Assembly: GCA_963702205.1 (NCBI GenBank) | Contig: OY969724.1 | Location: 3,616,001-3,680,000, forward strand | Reading direction: 5' to 3' | Source: an uncultured candidate division Zixibacteria bacterium | Lineage (GTDB): Bacteria; Zixibacteria; MSB-5A5; GN15; PGXB01 | DNA length: 64,000 nucleotides | Part shown: positions 10,452 through 19,838 of the stretch, piece by piece | Layout: each line of letters begins with the position of its first letter | Position numbering within the stretch: the first letter of the stretch is position 1 | Position numbers and translations under genes: made by a program | The notes under the pieces: model-generated | The model's input: only the letters and a program-made list of their open reading frames with translations | The model's database searches: none | What the model was told of the DNA's origin: nothing

Positions 10452-11504
10452 TTATACGTTAAACCTGAACAGGATAACGTCGCCATCCTGAACCACATAG
10501 TCTTTTCCCTCTATATGAAGTTTGGCTGCGGCCTTTAGCGCCGGCAGCGTCTTGTGTACCATATAATCGTCATAAGTGGCGACTTCCGCCTTAATAAATC
10601 CGCGTTCGAAATCGGTATGAATGGCACCGGCGGCCTTGGGTGCCGGAGAGCCTTTCTTGATCGTCCACGCCCGGCATTCCGGTTCGCCGATGGTAAAAAA
10701 CGACATTAGCCCGAGAAGAGCGTACGATCGTTGAATAACCTTATCGATAACCGGTTTTGCAATACCGAGATCGTCGAGGAAGGCCTTGCGGTCTTCCGAA
10801 GCAAGCGAGGCCAGTTCCATCTCGATACTGGCGCAGACGACCACAATGTCGCGTCTGCCCTCAACCCGGTATTTTGAATAATCGCTGTATAATTTATCCG
10901 TATCGGGTAGCTTATCTTCGGAAATATTGAATACCAAAAGCTGCGGTTTCCGGCTTAAGAAAGCATAGCCGCGCAGTAACTTCCAGTCTTCGTCGCCGAG
11001 ATCGAGTTCGGAGACCATGCGTTCTTCATTGAGTATGTCCCGGCACTTTTCCAGAAGCTCCAATTCGCGGGCACGTTCTTTTTTTCCGGTAACTTTAATA
11101 ATTCGCGCGATCTTCTCGACGTTATTTTCCACGACGGCCATATCGGCCAGGATCATTTCCTCGGTTATTGTCTGCAGATCCTTTTCGGGGTTACGCTCGC
11201 CCGAAAAGGCATCGAGTACCAGTATAAAGGCATCCATCAGGCGCAGCTCGTTGGGGATGCTGATATTCCCTGATTGTTTGCCCTTGCCCGTAAAGGCGGC
11301 GGCATCGAGAAATTCTATTTCGGCATAAGTTACCTTTTTAGTCGTAACCAGCGTCGTAAGATCGTCGAGACGGCTGTCCGGTACTTTAATTATAGCGCGG
11401 TGTTCCTTTTGAGAAAAGTCGCCAACCTCGACGGCATTGCCCGAGGCGGCGTTAAACAGCGATGTTTTGCCCGATTGCGGTAGTCCTAATATTCCCAGTT
11501 TCAT
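10452..11504 (-). CDS. ychF: YchF/Ola1-family P-loop ATPase, divergent
   Basis: GLPQSGKT, KVPDSRL, AAGAIHTDFERGFIKAEV, EGKDYVVQDGDVILFRFNV (TGS domain). Confidence 0.88.
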   Translation of the reverse strand: MKLGILGLPQSGKTSLFNAASGNAVEVGDFSQKEHRAIIKVPDSRLDDLTTLVTTKKVTYAEIEFLDAAAFTGKGKQSGNISIPNELRLMDAFILVLDAFSGERNPEKDLQTITEEMILADMAVVENNVEKIARIIKVTGKKERARELELLEKCRDILNEERMVSELDLGDEDWKLLRGYAFLSRKPQLLVFNISEDKLPDTDKLYSDYSKYRVEGRRDIVVVCASIEMELASLASEDRKAFLDDLGIAKPVIDKVIQRSYALLGLMSFFTIGEPECRAWTIKKGSPAPKAAGAIHTDFERGFIKAEVATYDDYMVHKTLPALKAAAKLHIEGKDYVVQDGDVILFRFNV

Positions 11505-11508
11505 AGCC

Positions 11509-12381
11509 TTATTTCACAGCGTCCTGTGTTTCCTTTACTTTGATTAACGATCGTAGCGTTTTCATGTTTTCAATGTCTTCTTTATAATCCGAACCCTTTG
11601 ACGTTTCCAGAATCATCGGGACGCGCCTCAGGCGGCTGTCGTTCATGATAAACCTGAACGGCTCGATACCCATCATCCCCTTGCCGATATGTTCGTGGCG
11701 GTCTTTGCGCTGTCCGAACGGCCGAATAGAATCGTTGAGATGAAATACATTGAGATATTTATAGCCGATTAAGTTGTTAAAATTCTTCATCGTTGCCTTG
11801 TATTCTTTTTCGGTTTGCATGGCATAACCGGCTCCGAACATGTGGCACGAATCGAGACATACGCCGATACGGTTCTTGTCTTCGACCATGTCGATAACCG
11901 CCGCCAGATGCTCGAACTTATAGCCGAGGTTGGTCCCCTGTCCCGCCGTAATTTCAAGACAGACCACGGTTTTGATATTTGGCAGTTCCGAGAGCAGGCG
12001 GTTAAGGGCACGACCGATTCGTTTCAAACCGGCTTCTTCGCCGGAACCGACGTGCGAGCCGGGGTGCATGACGATATTGGGCAGCTTGAGAGTGTCGCAG
12101 CGCTCGTACTCTTCTTTCATCGAAGCGTACGATTTCTCCCACAAATCATCGTTGGGAGAAGCGAGGTTAATCAAATAGCTGTTGTGCGCGCAGGCTGCGG
12201 TTACCCCGGTTTCCTTCTGTTCCGACAGAAAAAGCGATACTTCTTCATCGGTCAGCGGCTTGGCGCGCCATTGATTGGGCTGCCTGGTGAAAATTTGAAC
12301 GACGTCGCACCCCGCCGACGCACCGTGCCGGACGGCATTAAAAACACCGCCCGCGATTGACATATGTGAACCTAACGGCAT
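11509..12381 (-). CDS. nfo: Endonuclease IV
   Basis: GSHMSIAGG, HNSYLINLAS, MHPGSH, DSCH, HLNDS, DRHEHIG. Confidence 0.96.
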   Translation of the reverse strand: MPLGSHMSIAGGVFNAVRHGASAGCDVVQIFTRQPNQWRAKPLTDEEVSLFLSEQKETGVTAACAHNSYLINLASPNDDLWEKSYASMKEEYERCDTLKLPNIVMHPGSHVGSGEEAGLKRIGRALNRLLSELPNIKTVVCLEITAGQGTNLGYKFEHLAAVIDMVEDKNRIGVCLDSCHMFGAGYAMQTEKEYKATMKNFNNLIGYKYLNVFHLNDSIRPFGQRKDRHEHIGKGMMGIEPFRFIMNDSRLRRVPMILETSKGSDYKEDIENMKTLRSLIKVKETQDAVK

Positions 12382-12756
12382 TGCTGTCTGATCCTTTCTA
12401 TATTCAAAACAAACCCCGGAAACGCATCGGGGTTCATATTATAGATATAAATTTCCCCGGCGGCAATCAACCATTTTACAAACTCGGGTGTTCTTTTTAA
12501 CCTTAGAATTTGAGCTATCATGTATGGGGAAATTCCCACAACTTAATTTGATTTCGAGCTTTCATTCTGTCAGCACAGCGGGCCGCGGCTATTTTAATCA
12601 TTTTCGAGACACATAGCCAATCTCTTGAAATTCACGAACTTGTGCTGCGTCACAGCTCATTTCAGGATCAAAATATCGACAAAATCCACAATTGTTTCAA
12701 TTTGGCAGGCCATTTTCAACATATCCGGGAAAAGAATATTACGAGAGGTTTTTAAT

Positions 12757-13116
12757 ATGAAGAAAATCAGATCCGATGAAGGCTTCACAATCCTCGAAGT
12801 CATGGTTGCCCTCATTATTTTATCCGTGTCGCTCCTGATGCTGCTGCACATGGCTATGATCGCAATCGATGGCAACGACTGGTCCAATCAGGCGACCCGC
12901 TCCACACAACTTTTGCAGGAAAAACTGGAAGAGTTGCGGACGGATATGCTTTTATCAAACGGTGTCGATACGGTCGACAATATTTCCCGTTCCTGGAGCG
13001 TTTCCAATTCATCCAATCATCTGCGGCGGGTGGATATCACCGCCTCCTGGCAGAATCGACGTGGAGACATGCTGAATAATTCAATGACGGCTTTTATAAG
13101 AACCGACAGTCTTTAA
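12757..13116 (+). CDS. Type IV minor pilin, PilV-like
   Basis: ATG 12757 after GAGG; prepilin site G|FTILEVMVALIIL with Glu5. Confidence 0.82.
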   Translation: MKKIRSDEGFTILEVMVALIILSVSLLMLLHMAMIAIDGNDWSNQATRSTQLLQEKLEELRTDMLLSNGVDTVDNISRSWSVSNSSNHLRRVDITASWQNRRGDMLNNSMTAFIRTDSL

Positions 13117-13126
13117 GAGGTATGCT

Positions 13127-13948
13127 ATGAGGGAATTAAAACTTAAAATAAAATGCATCGGGGGGTTTTCCCTGCTGGAAGCCTTGATCGCAATGGTTTT
13201 GGCCGGAATCGTTACGACGGCCATTTTTAAAGTATATGTCAATCAGCACAAAAACTGGAACCAGCAGGAAGAAATCATCGATATGCAGCAAAACGTCCGC
13301 GCCGCCATCGATGAACTTACCCGACAGATTCGTATGGCCGGGTTCGGGCTGCCGCTGCAGCTCGACGGTATCGAGGCCTATAATACAAATCCCGATACGA
13401 TCGTGCTCAACTATTCCGACGCCGGCTGTGACGCCACCATCGAGCATAAGATGCCCAATCCGTCGGCTGAACTTCGTTGCGACGGGCACGATGTCTCCTG
13501 TTTCTGGGACGGACAGTGGGCGTACATTTTCGATCCGGATTCGGGCGGCGGTGAGTTTTTCGAAATAACACAAGTGCAAACGGGGTCATCACACATTCAG
13601 CACAATACCATGTCTCTGACCAAAGCATACGACGCCGGCGCCATAATTTTGTCTTTGAACCATGTTAAGTTTTACATAGATCGCTCGGATACCCTGCATC
13701 CTAATCTCATGATGGAACTTCCCGGACAGGCTCCTCAAGTCTATGCGGAAAATATCACCGACCTGCAAATTCAATATGTGATGAAGAACGGGGCGATCCT
13801 GGATCAACCAGCCATACCCGAAGATATTCGTCAGGTAATTATAAATATCACGGCTCGCACCAGCGATCCCGATATCGATCTGCCGGGTCGACCGTACCGA
13901 ACGAGAAGTATTTCGTCATCGGTGAACGTGCGAAACCTTGACGTTTAG
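13127..13948 (+). CDS. Type IV minor pilin, PilW-like (copy 1)
   Basis: G|FSLLEALIAM; MQQNVRAA..LTRQIRMAGF; AENITDLQIQY; ends VNVRNL. Confidence 0.85.
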   Translation: MRELKLKIKCIGGFSLLEALIAMVLAGIVTTAIFKVYVNQHKNWNQQEEIIDMQQNVRAAIDELTRQIRMAGFGLPLQLDGIEAYNTNPDTIVLNYSDAGCDATIEHKMPNPSAELRCDGHDVSCFWDGQWAYIFDPDSGGGEFFEITQVQTGSSHIQHNTMSLTKAYDAGAIILSLNHVKFYIDRSDTLHPNLMMELPGQAPQVYAENITDLQIQYVMKNGAILDQPAIPEDIRQVIINITARTSDPDIDLPGRPYRTRSISSSVNVRNLDV

Positions 13949-14153
13949 GAACACAAGAAATCGGTAACAAAATGGTTACAATATGGAATTCTCGGATACA
14001 ATCAACATTCCCAGCGGGGTAGCATCCATGTCAGCCTGGGTGGTTACTAAGGTAACCCTGTCAATTCCGGCTGCCCGAAATCAAGACTGCAGCGAACGCA
14101 CTTTTACGCTGGTTCACACAGGGCAGTGCGAATTGCCATGAATGAGGTACGCT

Positions 14154-14975
14154 ATGCAGAAGTTCAAACTCAAACTGAACGGAATTTCGGGATTCACCCT
14201 CCTGGAAGCCCTGATCGCAATGGTCCTGGCCGGAATCGTGACGACCGCGATATTTAAGGTATATGTCAATCAACACGAAAACTGGAATCAGCAGGAAGAA
14301 ATTATCGATATGCAGCAGAACGTCCGCGCCGCTATCGGTGAATTGACCAGGCAGATTCGCATGGCCGGTTTCGGGCTGCCGTTACAGGTCGACGGCATCG
14401 AAGCCTATGACTCCAATCCGGACACGCTGATTGTGAACTACGCCAATGGCGACGATAATGCCACGGTCGAATACTCTATGAGCAGCATCTCATCCGAAAT
14501 ACGTTGCGACGGGCACGACCTCTCCTTTTTCCACCCCGGACAATGGGCCTATATATTCAATCCGGATTCCGGCGGTGGAGAGTTTTTTGAGGTATCTCAG
14601 GTTTTGTCCGGACCATCGCGTCTTCAGCACAGTACTATGGACCTGTCCGAGGCTTACGCATCCGGTTCAGTCGTTATGCTGCTAAACCGCGTTAAATTCT
14701 TTCTCGATAATTCCGATACCCTGCATCCCAGCCTGATGATGCAGCTTCCCGGCCAGGCCGCGCAGGTTTATGCCGAGAATATCACGGACCTGCAATTTTA
14801 TTATGTCATGAAAAATCGGGCGGTGGTCGCTCAACCGGCCATACCGGAAGACGTGCGCGAAGTAGTCGTCACCATTACGGCCCGAACCGATAAGGCTGAT
14901 GCGGAAATCGCCGGGCAGCCGTACCGGACCCGGACGATCACGTCGGCCGTCAACGTTCGCAACCTTGATATATAA
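14154..14975 (+). CDS. Type IV minor pilin, PilW-like (copy 2)
   Basis: G|FTLLEALIAM; N-terminal ~80 aa nearly identical to copy 1. Confidence 0.85.
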   Translation: MQKFKLKLNGISGFTLLEALIAMVLAGIVTTAIFKVYVNQHENWNQQEEIIDMQQNVRAAIGELTRQIRMAGFGLPLQVDGIEAYDSNPDTLIVNYANGDDNATVEYSMSSISSEIRCDGHDLSFFHPGQWAYIFNPDSGGGEFFEVSQVLSGPSRLQHSTMDLSEAYASGSVVMLLNRVKFFLDNSDTLHPSLMMQLPGQAAQVYAENITDLQFYYVMKNRAVVAQPAIPEDVREVVVTITARTDKADAEIAGQPYRTRTITSAVNVRNLDI

Positions 14976-15011
14976 AATATTTTTGCACTCTGATACAAGG
15001 CAGGTGAGAAC

Positions 15012-16637
15012 ATGAAATACTTTAAGCCTATCAAAAACTCACGTGGTGTGGCGACCCTGATAGCCCTGATGGTCATGATAATGCTGACCGTCGTGGGTCT
15101 GGCCGCCCTCAAACTGGCCGACGATGAAATAACCATCGCCGGTAACGAGCTCAACGAGATGTCATCGTTTTACGCGGCCGAGGCCGGGCTGGAAACGGCG
15201 GCGGCGGCCATGCAGACGCAGTACGAGGCGACCGGTGTGCCGCCGACAACTTTGCCGTCGGGCACGGCCAACGTCAATGACTGCGTGGTCGCGTACCGTA
15301 CCACTGACGGTGGCGCCGCCACACAGGAAGTCCTCACGCAGGGAGCCCTGGCGGGACTGCATTCCCTCGTCAAGCGGTTTACCATTACCTCGACCTCGAA
15401 CTCGAATATCGATAACTCGTCGGTGACCCTGGTCCAGGACTGGCAATGTGACATGGTGCCGATATTCCAGTTTGCCGTCTTTTACGGAAACGACCTCGAA
15501 ATCGCCCCTGGCGCCGACATGACGCTAATCGGGCGGGTCCATTCCAATGGCAACATGTGGCTGCAGGCGGCGTCGAACCTGTCCATGGACAGTTATGTAA
15601 CCTGTTCGGGGGATCTGCTGCACGGACGAAAAGGCCCGGGATCGACAGATAACGGCAACGTCATGATCAAGGATGAAAACGGCGTCCACCAGAATATGAA
15701 AAACTCCGACGGCTCATTCCTCGAAGCGTCCGATGCCAACTGGTACGATTCTGCCTCCTCGCGCTGGGGCGGCCGGGTACAGGATCACGCCTTCGGGCAG
15801 GGTGAATTGAACCTCCCGCTGACCAACGTCGGCGACCCGCACAAGCTGATCGAACGCGCCTCCGGCAATCCCGATTCTTACGAGAATAATGCCGACCTCC
15901 GAATAATCGACGGCTCTGTCGAAGCCAAAGTTGCGGGGACGTGGGTCGACGTCACCGGGGCCATGCCGGCCGGTACGGTCACGAACAAGACTTTTTATGA
16001 CGGCCGTGAAGGGACTAATGTCTCGGCGACCGAAATAGACGTATCCGCATTGAAGACTTCGGCCTATTGGCCGACCAGCGGCGTCATATATTTCTCCGAC
16101 GAAAGATCCGGTTTTAACGCCGCTCGCCTGGTCAACGGGTCAGACGTCGGACAACCGATGTCATTCTTCTCGGAAAACCCGGTCTATGTCGAAGGTGATT
16201 TCAACACCGTCAACAAGCAGCCCTGCGCCATCGCCGGAGACGCCGTGACGTTTCTTTCCAACAGCTGGAATGACTCCAAGTCCAGTTGGGCGAAGGACTA
16301 TCGTGTGGCTTCCCAAACGACCGTGAATGCTTCTATCATGACGGGTAACACGAATACCACTTCGTCGAACTACAACGGCGGTCTGGAAAACCTGCCGCGT
16401 TTTCTGGAAGTCTGGACCAACAAGAAATTCATCTGGAAAGGCTCGATGGTTAACCTGTGGAATTCCCAACAGGCGACGGGTAACTGGAACGGTACTTATT
16501 ACAGCCCGCCGATTCGTGAGTGGTCTTATGACGTAGATCTGGATGATCCCACTAAGCTGCCGCCGGAAACACCGATGGTGCGTGTCTTCCAGAGAACCGG
16601 ATGGCAACAGACCAATATCAGTTACGCGGGCAATTAG
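15012..16637 (+). CDS. Large PilX-like minor pilin (copy 1)
   Basis: G|VATLIALM without Glu5 (PilX/GspK type); SFYAAEAGLE; PIFQFAVFY; GRVHSNG; YNGGLENLPRFLEVW. Confidence 0.82.
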   Translation: MKYFKPIKNSRGVATLIALMVMIMLTVVGLAALKLADDEITIAGNELNEMSSFYAAEAGLETAAAAMQTQYEATGVPPTTLPSGTANVNDCVVAYRTTDGGAATQEVLTQGALAGLHSLVKRFTITSTSNSNIDNSSVTLVQDWQCDMVPIFQFAVFYGNDLEIAPGADMTLIGRVHSNGNMWLQAASNLSMDSYVTCSGDLLHGRKGPGSTDNGNVMIKDENGVHQNMKNSDGSFLEASDANWYDSASSRWGGRVQDHAFGQGELNLPLTNVGDPHKLIERASGNPDSYENNADLRIIDGSVEAKVAGTWVDVTGAMPAGTVTNKTFYDGREGTNVSATEIDVSALKTSAYWPTSGVIYFSDERSGFNAARLVNGSDVGQPMSFFSENPVYVEGDFNTVNKQPCAIAGDAVTFLSNSWNDSKSSWAKDYRVASQTTVNASIMTGNTNTTSSNYNGGLENLPRFLEVWTNKKFIWKGSMVNLWNSQQATGNWNGTYYSPPIREWSYDVDLDDPTKLPPETPMVRVFQRTGWQQTNISYAGN

Positions 16638-16687
16638 GGACGGGCTCTCTGACGACGCGATATAATACGGACAAGGAGAAAGTTCTC

Positions 16688-18364
16688 ATGCGGCAAATCA
16701 AAAAACTCAAGGAAAGAGACGGCATTGCCACCCTGGTTGCATTGATGGTTATGATTATGCTGACTCTAATCGGCCTGGCGGCCCTTAAACTGGCCAACGA
16801 TGAAATATCCATCGCCGGCAATGAATTGAACGAGATGAATTCGTTTTACTCTTCGGAGGCGGGACTCGAAATAGCCTCGGCTGCGATACAAAGCTATTAC
16901 GATACGTACAAAGCCCCGCCTCCGCAGGAATACCTTCCAACCGGCTCCCAGGGCATCGGGAACGGCGGATCGGTATCGTATGTCACTACCGATGACGGCC
17001 CGGCATCGCTGCAACGTCTGACTACCGGTGATTTTGTCGGGCTTCACGCCCAGCTTAAATCGTACACCATTGAATCCATCGGGACGTCCTTAGTCGACGG
17101 ATCTCAGGTAAGACTGAATCAGAGTTTTCAATGCGCCAACGTCCCTCTGTTTCAGTTTGCGGTTTTCTACATGAATGACATGTACACGCAGCCCGCAGAC
17201 AATATGGATATATCCGGCCGGGTCCATGTCAACGGCAGCATGTACTTACGCTCCTCCACCAGGGGCAAAGAGTTGACGTTCGACGGCAAAGTAACCTGCT
17301 CCGGAGATATACACGAGGGTTTCGGCGGCAGCGGCAGTGTCGGCGACATACTGTTCAAAGACGGTTCCGGCGATATGGTCAGCATGTTGCAGGATGGTCG
17401 CTGGGTTGACGCCGATGATCCGGACTGGTACAATAAAGCCTCACAGCTCTGGCAGGGGCAGGTCAAAGACAAGGCTTTCGGCCAGTCGCCTTTGAATATT
17501 CCTCTGTCCAGTGGCACTGACCCGTATCAATTGATACAGCGCGCCGCCGGGGGTAACGGCGATTCGTTCGAAGACAAAGCCACCCTCAAAATTATCGATG
17601 GTGTGCCCTATTCGAAAATAGGCAGTGTCTGGCAGGACGTCAGCGCCATGCTGCCCGCCGGGACGGTCAAACAGGACGCGACGACGTCGTTCTATGACAA
17701 CCATGAGTACAAATGGGTGAACAATACCCAGGTAGACCTCGGTTTGCTTTCGAGCAGTGCCTATTTCCCTGACAACGGGGTCATATATATTTCGGATCAT
17801 CAGAGCTCCGGGTCCACCATGAACGGTGCGACTCTGGTCAACGGCGATGAACTCGCCGACGGTATGACGGTCGCGTGCGAAAACCCGCTCTACATACAGG
17901 GCGATTTCAACACGACCGATAAAAAACCGGCCGCGGCTATCTGCGATGCCATTACGTTTTTATCCAACGGCTGGGACAAAAACTACGCCACCCCCAGTGC
18001 CAATTATAAGAATCGTACCGCCGACCCTACGGCGTACAACATCTCCTTTATTACCGGCGACGGTAACCATACCAGCCATGAGTACAACGGCGGTCTCGCC
18101 AATCTTCCCCGATATCTGGAACACTGGAACGGCCAGACGGTGACGATTCGCGGTTCCATGATCGAAGGCTGGCGTTCGCGCCAGGCAACCGAAGACTGGC
18201 GTTACCTGTCCGATCCCAATCCGTACTATTCGGCGCCGAGCCGCGATTACGGCTTCGACACCGACCTGAACGATCCGAGCAAACTGCCCCCGGAAACGCC
18301 GTCGATTCGCGTTTTCCAGAGAACCGGCTGGCAGCAGGGGGACGTCGGCATGGCGAGCAATTAA
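16688..18364 (+). CDS. Large PilX-like minor pilin (copy 2)
   Basis: ATG 16688 after AAGGAG; G|IATLVALM; PLFQFAVFY; YNGGLANLPRYLEHW; shares the LPPETP..VFQRTGWQQ tail with copy 1. Confidence 0.82.
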   Translation: MRQIKKLKERDGIATLVALMVMIMLTLIGLAALKLANDEISIAGNELNEMNSFYSSEAGLEIASAAIQSYYDTYKAPPPQEYLPTGSQGIGNGGSVSYVTTDDGPASLQRLTTGDFVGLHAQLKSYTIESIGTSLVDGSQVRLNQSFQCANVPLFQFAVFYMNDMYTQPADNMDISGRVHVNGSMYLRSSTRGKELTFDGKVTCSGDIHEGFGGSGSVGDILFKDGSGDMVSMLQDGRWVDADDPDWYNKASQLWQGQVKDKAFGQSPLNIPLSSGTDPYQLIQRAAGGNGDSFEDKATLKIIDGVPYSKIGSVWQDVSAMLPAGTVKQDATTSFYDNHEYKWVNNTQVDLGLLSSSAYFPDNGVIYISDHQSSGSTMNGATLVNGDELADGMTVACENPLYIQGDFNTTDKKPAAAICDAITFLSNGWDKNYATPSANYKNRTADPTAYNISFITGDGNHTSHEYNGGLANLPRYLEHWNGQTVTIRGSMIEGWRSRQATEDWRYLSDPNPYYSAPSRDYGFDTDLNDPSKLPPETPSIRVFQRTGWQQGDVGMASN

Positions 18365-18393
18365 CGGCGACGTGACAAACATAAAATACGCAT

Positions 18394-18427
18394 AAAGAAA
18401 ACCCCGGTTTCGGCCGGGGTTTTTCTT
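18394..18427. terminator. Bidirectional intrinsic terminator
   Basis: AAGAAAACCCCGGT-TTCG-GCCGGGGTTTTTCTT between convergent genes. Confidence 0.85.
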
Positions 18428-18446
18428 CGTATGCATCAAATATTTT

Positions 18447-19829
18447 TCATTCGGAACCCGGCGACATTAAAGTCACCGGCGCGATTTCGTTTAAATCACG
18501 TTTGAGTTGGTCGGGAGGACCGGCGATAAATATTGTCATTTTGGCCGGATCAAAGAAAGTCCTGGCGAATTCACGCAGTTGATCGGGCGTCACTTTGTCT
18601 ATTTCCCTGATAACCTGTTCGGGGAATTTCACGTCCTGATCACAGGCGGCATTTTCGGCGATGTTGTTCACGGCATCAGCAAATGAAGCATAATTGCGAA
18701 TCTGGCTCCCGGAAAAATAATTTTTGGCTTCCTGAAGCTCCACGACGGGTATCTTAATTTCGCCGAGTATCTTCATGGCATCCATCGTACCCTGAAGGGC
18801 ATCGGCCGAAGATTCCACGAAAGCCCCGCCGTGCACATAAAACATGCCTCCAAGACGAGAACACTCGGCGTAGGAACCTATGAAGGTGCAGGTTGCGGCG
18901 TCGCGGACCAGGTCCTGAGACAGCCGGGAAATTTTCCCGCCACCTCCGAGAATGTAATTCAAAACCAGAAGCTTGGCATAGTCGGCCATCCCCGGAACCA
19001 CGGCCGGACGCCCCATAACGAACTCCCCGATGGTCATGCCGGGATTGCCTATCAGATAAATTTCCAGCGAGTCGGGATATTGCACGTTTGAGATCGGTTG
19101 ACAAATATCATCGCCCGGCGACCAGGCGTCGAAAATTTTGTGCATCAGCTTTTTCAAGGTGTTTTTGTCGAAATCACCTCCAATAACCAGTTCGGCGTTA
19201 TTGGGCCGGTAATTCCGGGTGTAGCTGGAAATGATGTCATCTTTCGTTATGTTTTGAAGGCCCGCTACGGTACCATAAGGATTCAAGCCGTACCCGGCAT
19301 CGCCGTAATACCGATTGTATAAGTCCTGCACCAGCGCGTCCGAATGAGCCGATTCGGACAGGCTCAGAATCGAAATCAGGCGCCGTCGCATCCGGTTGAT
19401 GTCCTTGTCCCGAAAGTCGGCGTTCATGACCATATCACCGAGACAGTTCAGCCCGGTTTTGAGGTCCCGCGAGAGAAAATCCCCGGTGATGAAACAGACG
19501 TCGCGCCCGACGTTCGTCACGAGCGTTCCCCCCACCGAATCGACGACAAGATTCATATTGCCGTCGGGATAATTCTTCGTGTTTTCTTTTAAAATCTCCA
19601 GAACCATAACCGTCAAGCCCGATTTGGCCGAGTCGCAGGAAGAACCAGGCATGATATTCATACGAAAATTTACCATCGGCTGACGATGGTCTTCTATCAT
19701 GATAACGTGCAGGCCGTTTTTCAGCTTGAATTCCGAGTATTTCGGCAGAAAAGATTCGGCCGCAAGCGAAGACGCCAGAAGCACCATAAAAACAGGCAGA
19801 ATCGAGAATTTCTTTATATTCCGCATCAT
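18447..19829 (-). CDS. M16 peptidase-like protein, non-catalytic type
   Basis: Signal peptide; FKLKNGLHV; YRPNNAELVIGGD; LNYILGGGGKISRL; no HxxEH. Confidence 0.85.
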   Translation of the reverse strand: MMRNIKKFSILPVFMVLLASSLAAESFLPKYSEFKLKNGLHVIMIEDHRQPMVNFRMNIMPGSSCDSAKSGLTVMVLEILKENTKNYPDGNMNLVVDSVGGTLVTNVGRDVCFITGDFLSRDLKTGLNCLGDMVMNADFRDKDINRMRRRLISILSLSESAHSDALVQDLYNRYYGDAGYGLNPYGTVAGLQNITKDDIISSYTRNYRPNNAELVIGGDFDKNTLKKLMHKIFDAWSPGDDICQPISNVQYPDSLEIYLIGNPGMTIGEFVMGRPAVVPGMADYAKLLVLNYILGGGGKISRLSQDLVRDAATCTFIGSYAECSRLGGMFYVHGGAFVESSADALQGTMDAMKILGEIKIPVVELQEAKNYFSGSQIRNYASFADAVNNIAENAACDQDVKFPEQVIREIDKVTPDQLREFARTFFDPAKMTIFIAGPPDQLKRDLNEIAPVTLMSPGSE

Positions 19830-19838
19830 AGGCGTATC

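Noticed and set aside
12703..12717. Sigma54 promoter TGGCAGGCCATTTTC before pilV
   Set aside because: The -12 element is TC rather than GC; too weak to call without TSS data
14111..14137. c-di-GMP-I riboswitch or sigma54 promoter before pilW2
   Set aside because: No GGCAAA..GAAA..GACGCAAAG core; GG-to-GC spacing is 11, not 10
13127..18364. pilW/pilX paralogs as DGR template/variable repeats or a shufflon
   Set aside because: Differences are mostly synonymous third-position changes of all base types, not adenine-specific; no reverse transcriptase or recombinase nearby; all copies are full genes
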